Shown here in pieces: positions 14,515-25,648 of a stretch of 64,000 nt of DNA. Source of the DNA: Saccostrea cucullata (lineage: Eukaryota). A model generated the notes under the pieces. The model ran no database searches. It worked only from the letters and a program-made list of their open reading frames with translations, and was not told where the DNA came from. Numbering within the stretch: the stretch's first letter is position 1; each line of letters starts with the position of its first letter. The position numbers were made by a program, and so were the translations under genes. The stretch is from contig NW_026924640.1 of NCBI RefSeq assembly GCF_032062105.1, positions 62,001 through 126,000 of the forward strand. Reading direction: 5' to 3'.

Positions 14515-15080
14515 TTTGTTGTCCCCCGCTTGAAAAGTGGGGGATATTAATTTGGGTCTGTCGGTCCATCTGTCCGTCCGTCTTTCTGTCTGTCTGTAAC
14601 GCTTCCGTTTCCACAAGATATCTCAAGAACCCTTTGAGCATTTGCAATGAAATTTAGCATAGCAACTCCCTGTGGCCTAAGGAAGACCCCTATTGATTTT
14701 GAGGTCAAAAGGTCAAAGATCAAGGTCATTAATAAGCAAATTCTGTCTGTTATAACACTTTCGTTTCCACACGATATCTCTCGAACCATTTGAGCTATTG
14801 CAATGAAATTTAATATAACAACTACCTGTGGCCTAAGGAAGACCCCTTTTGATTTTGAGGTCAAAAGGTCAAAGTTCAAGATCGTAAATCTATACATTCT
14901 GTCTGTGTGTAATACTATCATTTCCGGGCGATATTTCAAGAAGATTTTGAGCTTATGTAATGTAATTTTATACCAAAACTCCCTAGGACCTCTCTCAACC
15001 CTCTCAAAGTGCCCCACTCCGTTTGTTTTACTAGTATTTATCGTATTGCCTGTCGCTATTTTTAGCACAGGGGCATGCGG
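14515..15080 (+). mobile_element. Non-autonomous Helentron/HINE-like element
   Basis: Starts with T-run plus CCCCCGCTTGAAAAGTGGGGG hairpin, then a (GTCC/GTCT)n microsatellite and internal repeats with GAGGTCAAAAGGTCAA. Similar remnants at about 10900-11280, 13480-13720, 14270-14460 and 28300-28590. Confidence 0.6.
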
Positions 15081-15436
15081 AGAGTTATTGCGTATAAAAC
15101 ATGTTCTTGGAGGGCTTAATGTTCTTATTTCAGCAAAACTCGTTTAATACGAACACAGATATTGCTAATGTACGACTATAACGAAGTCATCTTGAATCCT
15201 CAGCTGTATAAATTTAATGACTTTTCTATACGGTTATAACAAATAACGGTTATAGCGAAGTAATTTCATAGGTCCCTGTGACTTCGTTATAACAGAGTTT
15301 TATTGTACATCTATTAGAACTGTTAAAAGCTAAATAAATCAAACACCGTGAATTGTGTAAAATTTTGATAATACCAAACATGAATATATACATGTATGTT
15401 ACTTCACTTCTGCATATACTTCATTTCATTAAAAGC

Positions 15437-15508
15437 GGTTCCGTGGTCTAGTGGTATGTTTCCCGCTTCACATGTGAGAGGTCCCGGGATCGAATCTCGG
15501 ACAGATCC
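15437..15508 (+). pseudogene. Degenerate tRNA-Val(CAC)-like sequence or tRNA-derived repeat
   Basis: GGTTCCGTGGTCTAGTGGT...CTTCACAT...GGTCCCGGGATCGAATCTCGG; A and B boxes recognisable, but the TTC is changed to ATC and the stems are imperfect. Confidence 0.5.
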
Positions 15509-16072
15509 TTTTATTTTTTTTTTACTTTTCTTTTTTTTTAATGATAGTATTCAACATGTGAAAAGAATAATTTATGAGGTTATAAAATCATCATTACAGT
15601 GTGATAAATATTGATTATAAAAAGAATCTTCTATGTATACACATAATAAAGAATAAGCAATCAAATCTTTATACGCATATTGACATACATGTATTTTATT
15701 TGCTTCAGTATACATGCAAACATTTAATAATTCTACAAATTCAGTCAGGGGATCCGACTTTTTCCCTAAGCGGGGGACACAAATTCTCTGAATTATCTTG
15801 TTTTACATTATTTTTATCAGCAACTTCCCATACACCACTTAATGAAATTTGATGAGATTTTCTGGAATCTTTTTTAAAATTGTGAACATTCTATTTCACA
15901 TTTTGATTGGACACATATTTTTTGGGTTTCCCATAGCAAAACATGGTTACTGCCATTATATTCATATTGGAGATGGGGTATCATTTAGTGTTCTCATTGA
16001 TCATAAAACCTTCTTTTTTTTTATTTTATTGAGCATCAACTGTTACCTTTAATTTTTCATTCCTTTTTGTAG

Positions 16073-17185
16073 GTGCCTGCAAGACATACTTCATATCACT
16101 ACGGGATTCCGAAAGAAGAAAACAGAACGGGCGAGACAAAGACCATGCCACAAGAAGCAGACGTCAAAGCAGAAGGCGAGAAGTATGTATATAAACTTCC
16201 TTCAAATTTGTCATTATTAAGTCATGAAAAAAGTTTAATGGCAGGTGTACAGGTACAAAATAAAAAATCTCTGTAACAGCATTAATGTTTATAGTTTGAT
16301 TTTACAATGAAAATCTTTATAATTTTTTTTCCTTATTTATGAAAGGGAAGTTCATCAGTTTATAGAAGAATACTGTAAATAACATATTTTTGTTGGATTA
16401 AATTTCTGAGGGTTTAGAAAAAAAATTATTGGACCTGGTATGTGGGGACATGATTTTGTGTTTGGAAAATGTTTTGAAATACAGATAAAATTATATATTT
16501 CTTGGTGTCTTGTAAATTCATGGTGTCTCCCCATAACTGGTAAACAGCAAGAATTAAACCCCCACAAAAATAAGTGACATCACAGTAACCATTAACAAGG
16601 CTGGGGGGTGGCAGCTATTTTAAGACCATTTCTATCTCCTTTAAAAGAAGAGCTCCATATAAAAATATACAAAAATGATCAAATTTTAAAACTAAAATGT
16701 ATGATTTTTTTTCTTTGCCAAATGATAGTTGACAGCTTAAGATACCGTATCAAAAAAATAAGTTAAATCTGGTGGTTAATTTGTGGTTAATTTGTTGACC
16801 CCGATCCTCCTTAAAGAAGATAAATTTATCACAGATTTTCTTTACTGTTTTACAGAGAGCAAGAAAACTAAAGAGGACTCTGACTAACATCAGCAGAGAC
16901 AAACTTGGGGACTTTGACAGGTCAAAGCTGATGGAGGTGATGACCCCAGAGTACCTGTCCTCTGAAGAGTCCGAAGAAGATGAAGGAGGGAATTTTCTAC
17001 ACTTTAAAGTCCGCCGGCTGCCATGGCAGAGGGAAACCTTCCAGAGGCTAAAAGACAAACTGGAAGAGGCCCACAAAGAGAGCCTGACCCCCCAGCACAA
17101 GAGACAGCTGAAGAAGAGGGTGATTGATGAGGACTTCTCTTCAAGAACAGCCCCAGATGACTGCCCTAAGTTTGTGAAGGACTGA
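16073..17185 (+). CDS. Transposon second gene, C14orf93-like protein (3' exons only)
   Basis: Exons 16073-16182 and 16856-17185 (AG/GT, in frame) give ACKTYFISLR...RRQSRRRERARKLKR...YLSSEES...VRRLPWQ...LKDKLE...KRV....SSRTAP. The motif order resembles the C14orf93 C-terminus as recalled (GAC..YF, MSDEED, SDRLP). Upstream exons not found. Confidence 0.65.
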
Positions 17186-18199
17186 AGAGATGAAGTGAAC
17201 TCAAGGACAGCCCGAGGAGACAATCATGCACAAATAAAAGATTGACTATTGTATATTATGTAGTCTGTAGGAATTAATTTATTTCATATTTATTGTTATC
17301 ATTTTTGTTAATTTATTTTTTAGAAAAGATGCAATCTTACAATAGTAGCTGCCTGTGCAATTTTAATAGTAGCTCATCGTATTTATTAATATATATGTTT
17401 AAGAATTATAAACTGGTAATGAATACTTTTTTTCACAATATTTTTTAACTGTGATAATTATTTTCTGACACAAATCAGACAAATACATATTATTTAAAGC
17501 AATATGAGCTGCAACTTTAAAATTTACCATTGGTAAATTATCATCAACTATTTCAAGGATAAAGAGAAAGAGCATTTTATGAACTTCTGTCATTCATATT
17601 TGTAGAAGAAAACTATTTACAAGCTCGTAATAATGCAAATTGACATTATTGTCATTCTGTAATCTATAGTTTTCTTAAATAATACTACATATTTGTTTGC
17701 TACAGAGGTCTCTTTTGGAACAGATTCATACTTTATTGTAGACTTATTGATCTGAAAGATTAAATTACTTAAAAATTATCATGACACATTTCAATCATAG
17801 TAAAATATATTTTTTTTTAAAATGCAGCCCATATTGCTCTAATGTGAAATCTATAAATATTTGTTTTTGCCAATGTATTTAAAGAAACATGTTTATGATT
17901 CCTTTTCTCATCAATTTTCATTTTTGAATTAATCCATTGAAGAGAAGTTTGTATTGCTTGAGTTCAAAAAAAAAAAGCATTATATTTTGTGTCAAGAGCA
18001 ATCAATGTTTTCATATGATTGTACCATTTTGTTATTTATTTTCAAAATGCTTTCACATTAAAAAAAAAAATTATTACTTTATTAAGTTGTTTTATTTTTT
18101 ATGGAAATTCTCTTGATGATGACAAGGATATTGTTTTAGGTCATTGAAATATGTCTGAAAAATAAAAGAAGTGTGACTAATTAATAAAAAAAAAATTAG

Positions 18200-19080
18200 A
18201 CTGAATAGTAATTGAAATATGGCTGAAGGGTAACTTAAATGTGGCTAAAAGGTCAGAGATATATAGCTGAATGGTAACTGAAATATGGTTGAATGGTCAC
18301 TGAAAGGTCCCTAAAATATGGCTGAAAGGTCACTGAAATAAAGCTGAATGGTAACTGAAAAATGGCTGAAAGGTCACAGAAACAAAGCTGAATGGTAACT
18401 GAAAAATGGCTGAAGGGTCACTGAAATATAGCTGAAAGGTCACTGAAACATGGCTGAAAGGTCACTGAAATATGGCTGAATAGTCACTGAAACATGGCTG
18501 AAAGGTCACAGAAACAAAGCTGAATGGTAACTGAAAAATGGCTGAAAGGTCACTGAAATATTGCTGAAATGTCACTGAAACATGGCTGAAAGGTCACTGA
18601 AATATGTCTGAAAGGTCACTGAAACATGGCTGAAAGGTCACTGAAATATGGCTGAATGGTCACTGAAACATGGCTGAAAGGTCACTGATATATAGCTGAA
18701 AGGTCACTGAAATATGGCTGAAAGGTCACTGAAACATGGCTGAAAGGTCACTGAAACATGGCTGAAAGGTCACTGAAATATGGCTGAATAGTCACTGAAA
18801 CATGGCTGAAAGGTCACTGAAATATTGCTGAAATGTCACTGAAACATGGCTGAAAGGTCACTGAAATATGGCTGAAAGGTCACTGAAACATGGCTGAAAG
18901 GTCACTGAAGTATGGCTGAAGGGTCACTGAAAGATGGCTGAAAGGTCACTGAAATGTATGTGCCATTCAGTTGAATGAATGGTCACTGAATTGTAACGGA
19001 ATTGTAATGGAAAAGATCTTTATCAGTGATCATTCCTCCACCATTCCGCTTCCATTCAGTCACCTTTAAGTCGACTGAAT
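18200..19080 (-). repeat. Right subterminal tandem array, 22-bp unit GGCTGAAAGGTCACTGAAACAT (inverted relative to left array)
   Basis: Its reverse complement ATGTTTCAGTGACCTTTCAGCC shares 19 of 22 nt with the left unit. Confidence 0.95.
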
Positions 19081-19209
19081 GGTTAGATTTCATCCTGTGC
19101 TCGAACTTTGAGAAAACGATTGTATAAGCGTTTAGTTGTTGACATTTTACTTTTGAATTTCCTCAAAACAGCGAACGTTATCTCCATTTCTAAACTGTCA
19201 TTTTTTAAG

Positions 19210-21513
19210 GCTGCTGTTCCGACGAATAAATACACGCAGTTCATCGATGGAGCAACAAAGCTTATAAATGAGACAGACCCTGGCTGGGCTCTTCTGGTAG
19301 AGGTCATTCTAACGTTCATGATAACTTTCACTGTTTTACTCACAGCGTTTGATAAAAAGAAGAAAAATATGTCACCTCTTGCTATTGGATTCTCGGTCGT
19401 CGCATGTGCAATGTCAGGGTAAGATTTCAAGACAAATTATTTACTGGAAATAAATAACTTTCATATATTGCTGCATAAGTAAGGGAGGTTGACGATTGAA
19501 AAATAAAAGTGATTACATTGATTATGAAGTTTGTAACCTGTTGTAACTTATAGATTCGTTCACGTCTTTTTCTTGTTAGATATAAAAGTGTGAAACATAT
19601 GTATCAGACTCTGTGGTATCTTTGATATAGCTCACTGGGAAATATTGTGTCGACATATGAATGGAAGTAATTATTGTTGATTGATATTATGTCTTCGATA
19701 TATCTAATTGTCGAGTTGAAAGCCAAAACCATTGTTTTCTTTTCCCCGTGTTTAAAATTTTAAATGAATTCTGCTTAATATGTGTAACCCGGGGTCTTAG
19801 GGCGGTTCGAATTTAGTATGGGTGGAAAGAACGACTCCGGATAAAGTTTACACCATTTATTTGGATATAGAGATGAAATGACATATGATGACCCTGTAAC
19901 ATAATAAAAGCTTTATAAACAACGTTGTAAGATAGATAACCTCTAAATATAGATACAGTGTGCAAAAGTTAAAAATATTCACACGAGTGATATGCTTATC
20001 TCAGAAAATAACTTACAGTAGCTGAAATATATTAATATTCAACAAATTCATGATTCAAATAATTTTTCTAAATAATGAAAATAATAAATTAAATAATCCT
20101 AATAACTTGATAAAAATATCTACAAATTTCACTCTGCCACATATGAATACAAAAAAGTCTGCAAATAACAGGTGCAATTGGTACCTATGGAAATTCCAAA
20201 TGATTGTTCGATACAAAAACCTAGTCTCCAAAACCAAATAGACATTGTCATCAAAAACTCAAACATTTTTTTTAATATCGACAAGTATAAGAGTACTTGT
20301 GTGTACAATCAGAATGCTTTTAACAAAGTAATTTTGCAAATGACAAATGACAAGATAAGTTAATAAGACTAGAACATTTTTTGTCTACTATTTACATGTT
20401 CACTATTGCACGATCTTATCAGGTTTTATCTAATCCTTTAAATCGCTTTATGAAAGTCAAAAGTGTTTGTTAATGACATCAAGTTATAAGGTTTTTTCAG
20501 GATTGCGTACTTCGTCAATGCTCAGATATTTAAAGAAATGCATTAAATCAAACTGAACTTAAGATGACATGCTTTGAAATATAATTTACAAATTTACAAC
20601 AGGACACCATATACTGGTGGATATATGAATCCGGCTGTAAGTTTAGGACCGGCTGCATCCTACTCAAGATACATGTACATAGATATCGATGTTTTGGAGC
20701 ATCATTATGTCTATTGGGTGGGACCCAAAGCAGGGGCATTGGCCGCAGCTATAATATACAGGTTGGAGATTATTTGCATTGCCGATAAAATAAAACATAT
20801 GTACTGTACACATATGGTTTATTAAACGTTGTTAGTTATACACTTTGTAATGAAAAATATAGAGATAAAGAGCAGTATTTAAGCGTAGAAGTCCATAAAG
20901 CAAAACAAAGTAGGAGCAGAGCAAACACGGTCCTCCAAAACATCAGAAGTGGAATCAGATGCCATGGAGGAGTGAGCATTACCCGCCGACAGGTCATACC
21001 CGCGGTGTGCTCCTTGTCATGATGGGGAAATAACGGAAGAATTCGTCGTCAATTCAGGGTGTAAATATTGGACTAACAATTAGTATGAAAAAGGTCGGTC
21101 AGATTTTGACTCAATGATAAATCGATTTGCTGAAAAGGTCATCGCAAGTAATGAAGTTTCATTGTTTACTTAAGTTTGGCAGTGTAATTTGAGTCGACAA
21201 AATATAAGGTAATTGAAAGAATCTATTTTTTATTAAAAAAATTATAAGCCTTTTTAATATTAATCAGGATTATTTAAGGTATGACAAATTGATAAATTTC
21301 TATTTTATGTAGGTATAAATTTTACATTTAATTGAATCTTTACAAACTTTACAAGGATTGAAGAAAATTAATGGGATACTTTATAAGTATGAAAATAATA
21401 AATCATTCTTTCATTTCAGTGTTTTGTTTTCAAAGAGAAGGACACCAGATTTTATGAACTTTACACATTCTGAGGGACACTCAACACCCAGCAATAACAT
21501 TCCCATACAATGA
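19210..21513 (+). CDS. AQP8: Aquaporin-8-like copy 1 (exons 3-5; exons 1-2 presumably upstream of the window)
   Basis: Exons 19210-19418, 20603-20761 and 21420-21513; MIP motifs EVILTF, PLAIGFSV, GGYMNPAVSLGP, HYVYWVGP. Confidence 0.85.
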
Positions 21514-24509
21514 CATCAAATTCAAAGGATCAGTCGTGATTTAATAAAGTCAAATAAAAACTTATCCTTACGTGCATGGATTTCTGTTTACATTTATATA
21601 TTTCAACTCCGGATTCCAAGATTCAGAGACATAAAATTTTTGCCCTGTCCAATCGTCTATATGTATGTCTGTTTGTCGGCAAAATTTATTTTAATTTTAC
21701 CCATAACGTTTGATATATTTCATTTTTTCGTTAGAAGAAAATGTTTTGGGGTATCAACATATTTGACCTCTTGACCTTTTGATTTGATTAAATTTTTTGC
21801 AAGATTTTAAAAACTTTAACTTCATGTCTTATAAACAGTTAATGAGAGGATATGCATATACTTGACATGAGCAATGTCTGTAACATGATTTCCCTTGGAT
21901 TTCATAATTTTGACCTTCATCTTGGATTTTGACCTACTTTTGAAAAAAAGACCTTTGCAATATATGTGCCTATGTAAAAGGTTTCATTTTTCACATAACT
22001 GTAATAAGATATTTCCGACTATGTTATGCTTTTGGTCCCTTGGTCCTGATCTTAATGTTTGACCTCAACATGTATTCACTATGACAAAAGAATTGACATA
22101 CAGGAGAGAACAATTTCCCGGAAAAAGTGACATTTAAAATTAATCTTTATTTGTTGTTTTCTGTCGTATATTTGTCTAAATTTTTCAAATTTGTATTTTA
22201 TACCTAATATTTATTATTTACAACTTTACAATAAACCTCCGAAGTTGGCCAAAACACTATTTTGTATATCAAAGCGTATGTATTTTGGCCTAGAAGTCCT
22301 TCAGGGCAGGCCTGCCCCTATATAAAACTGTGATATTTTTATAGGTTAGATGTAAAGAATAATTTAAGATGGTTTTTTAGGGGCACCCCTGCCCTAGGGT
22401 TGAAATTCACAAAAAAAAACCTACAAAAAATAAGGAAACCTGATTTTGATAATCTGCTTAAAATTAATACCAAACAACTTTAATAGTCAGACTAGCTCAT
22501 TTGATTATGTGCCGATTTTTACACTAACGATACTTTCTTTTAAAGTCGGGGGTTCGAATCAACCTGGCACCCCACTTTTAAAGTTTTAATTTTTCGCCTT
22601 TTCAAAGATTATTTAATTTTTTTTATAAACTTGTGCATTTTCTTTCAATTATATATCCTTTATGCATGCCCATTCTTGATATAAGAAACACTAAAGAAAG
22701 ATCAGATCGTAACAATCCAATGTGCAGATGCCAGTCAGGCTCAACAATATAAGCACACTTTCTCCGAGGACAAGAATAGCTCACTTTGTGTTACTCGATA
22801 CAGGTATTCTTGGCAGCATTGAGCTGCGATGAATTTCATTTGTATATATCCCTTGTATAGAATTTAATCACATTGGTTTGGCTACAGATATCAGTAACTG
22901 TTTTCCATGGATTTCATTTAGGCCAATATATTTTGCACACATTAATGGTATGTTTTATTATATCCACGGATAAAGAACCTTTACATAAAGAATAGAATTT
23001 CTGAGACAGTAGGCATTACCTTTATGCACAATGAGAAGTAAAGAAATATCAGTATTACATTTGGAGATAACAAACTCAGAAAAATCAATAAATGGGTTAC
23101 TCCAATCTCTACTCACTGAAATAAAGATTTAGGAAAAACAAATTGTTATATGTATTCAGCCTAATCTCATTATTCAGAACGGAAATCGACAAGATTTCTG
23201 TAGAGAATAAAACCAAGCCCGGTCCTATTGGTCAGATCCCTTTTTATAATGAAGTGATCCTTTAAAAAATAATTTTGGTGATTACATTTGAAAAACATAA
23301 TGAATTTATAAGGCGTTCATATTTTATTTGAAACAATTTTACAGAAGTTTGACATCTCATCCACAAAGACAACAAAATTGAGGGACCAAGATTCTTTGAG
23401 TTCGCTTGCTCACATTAAAGCTTTATTTTATTTTAACACCTCTCTAAATAATATAAATGGACATTTAAGCACTTGCAAAGTTCTATCAATATATTTAAAT
23501 ACAAATTTAACATCTAACAAAATAGTGTTTTGCAACAAATTTTATTTTAATTTTTATTATTCAATTTGCATTCGTTTGATCTAAGACACTTAATCATATT
23601 ATGCCCCTTTCAGTAATTCCACAACCAATTACAAATTCAAAGGTGTACTCGGATATTCTAAGCAGTAAAGCTCTTTCTAAACAAAAAATAGAAGATTAGG
23701 GTGTCTTTTGTGCAAAAAGGAAATGACGTAGTTTGAACTGAGATCGATGTCGAATGATGTCTTATTCTATACAACAATCCACTTTGCAGTGCCTTTGTTC
23801 ATTTCCAAAGTTTGAAACCAGGAATAGAAATGCATCAAAACATTGATGTTGTTTCCAGGTTTTCATGGTAACTGACGGAAAATATTCAAAGATTGAGATT
23901 TTTTTTATGTTTATTTTAGTCGTTATCGAGCCTTAACAAAGGAATATGAAAGCTACATTGTCCACTATCACCCTAACACACACATCTAATTGATAGTACC
24001 TTGTGGAAAGTTTTTATGTCTCAACGAAACCACTGCTAGCAATATATATTTAGCATTCATTTTATATGCTTAAAGACCTTAAACACTCAAATAAAGAAGT
24101 TATATGACCAAATTGAAATACAACTCATATAGAAACAATGAAAATGGTTCACCCGACGTAATTACCGGTATGTTACATGCATAGCAATATTAACCTGAAA
24201 TAAATATCAACGTTGAAATGATACCACAGTAAAGTTAAAAAAATTTTTTTTTTTTTTTTTACTAAACATTAAACGACTCAGATTATTATATCTCCCTTCA
24301 TCAAAGTGAATACATGTACAGAATAAATTATACTCAGGGACTTCAAAAACGCATATTGAGATTGCTTTTAGTGTCATTGGTACATTATATTACATGTTGT
24401 AGGAAATTAATTAAAAATCATAACTTTTCCATGGAATGTCTTCATTTCCAATACAATCAACGAATTTGTTAACCGAGTTTTTTCAAGGCAAACAGTTAAA
24501 ATCACACTG

Positions 24510-24835
24510 CAGGGTTCTCCACAGGCCATTTAACGTGGTGGCCCCGCCACAGTCAAATTCCTTAGCGCCACAGTTAAAAATTAAAAATTTAATAATGTAG
24601 AAATACAAAATCTTGAAATTCAAAATAATAATACGGCCTGACAAGTGTAGATCAGTTTATAGTTGTTGCTAAAGACGGTAAGCTTTTTTAAAAAGCTCTA
24701 CTTGTTAATGCTATTTGTATTTGAATATTGATTCATATTATGTGATGTGTATTTTTCAATTTATTTCGGGATTCCTTCGCAAATTGGTCGCGAAATGACC
24801 GCGAATATAAGAGCTTGAATTGATTGAGAACCCTG
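24510..24835. mobile_element. hAT-like MITE, 5-bp TSD
   Basis: CAGGGTTCTC...GAGAACCCTG flanked by CACTG on both sides. Confidence 0.6.
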
Positions 24836-24869
24836 CACTGTCAACAGTTTTTGTCGTTTTGATTATTAA

Positions 24870-25105
24870 CGTGTATGACCACCATTTGCAACTTCACATG
24901 CTCTCAAGCGGAGACTCAGGATTGGTATACAGCTCGAATTTGTCTCATAGGAATGTTATTCCACTCTTACAGTAAAGCCTTTGCTAAATCTGGCACGCTT
25001 GTGGGTTGGCATTGACGTCTTTTTAACCATCTTCCAAGCTCGTCCAATACGTATTCGATGGGATTAAGGTCGGAAGACCGAGCTTGGAATTCCAAGATGT
25101 TACCT
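24870..25105 (-). pseudogene. Degenerate Tc1/mariner transposase C-terminal fragment
   Basis: ILEFQARSSDLNPIEYVLDELGR...PTSVPDLAKALL*EWNNIP resembles the Tc1 WPxxSPDLNPIE motif; contains stops. Confidence 0.7.
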
Positions 25106-25222
25106 GTTTTAGTAGGCGTTTTTAAAGTCTCTGAGTATATAATACCGGTAATAATAAAAGAAAAAAACGAAAATGAACGAAAAGTAACAAAAAAGCAGCA
25201 ATTTACAGAAGAAATAGGCAAT

Positions 25223-25355
25223 TGGAGTTTTATGAAGAGACTTACTTTTACAACTGACGACTGACTTTTACAATTTAAACTGTAACCAACTCCCATTACT
25301 TAAAATGTAAAAGTCAGCTGTCGAATGTAAAAGTAAGTCTCTTCATAAAACTCCA
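25223..25355. mobile_element. Palindromic about 133-bp MITE (second copy at 34251-34382)
   Basis: TGGAGTTTTATGAAGAGACTTACTTTT ... AAAAGTAAGTCTCTTCATAAAACTCCA; absent at the paralogous site near 38680. Confidence 0.8.
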
Positions 25356-25648
25356 TTAGTAATATCTTTCACTCAACTAAAGTGTTTTGGGGTAAGTTGT
25401 AATTTCTTTTTCAAAACTGTTCCCCCGAGCTTTAAAGAGCATACGTAAGCATTTTACAGATGTATTCAATCTTCTCTAATGTAATGTTGTGCTTAAAGTT
25501 GTTTATTTTTATATGTTTCATGCATTTTTATGTTTATGCCAGAGAAAATAATGCACAATTGTAGATCTAACCGGATATAGATTTACTTGAATGACTTTCA
25601 TAAATGTTAAAAGCTTACAAGTTTACTTCACACTTTGCAATGACAAAG

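Larger units (their letters stand above)
2071..19099 (-). mobile_element. 17-kb CACTA/EnSpm (CMC superfamily) DNA transposon
   Basis: Imperfect TIRs: CACAGGAAGAAATCAGACCTTTCAGTC at 2071 versus reverse complement CACAGGATGAAATCTAACCATTCAGTC ending at 19099. 3-bp TSD CTC at 2068-2070 and 19100-19102. Inverted subterminal arrays and an internal Tnp2-type transposase. The joined flanks match the uninterrupted intron in the paralogues (about 33315-33370 and 43040-43100). Confidence 0.93.

Noticed and set aside
14547-15147. ORFs of 173 and 114 aa as transposon cargo genes
   Set aside because: They overlap a Helentron-like non-coding repeat with a microsatellite.
15437-15508. Functional tRNA-Val
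   Set aside because: T-loop and stems are degenerate; kept only as tRNA-like.
16750-17223. Minus-strand 157-aa ORF and other antisense ORFs (19083-19430, 33397-33666, 43155-43475, 53025-54404)
   Set aside because: Shadows of real coding exons on the opposite strand.
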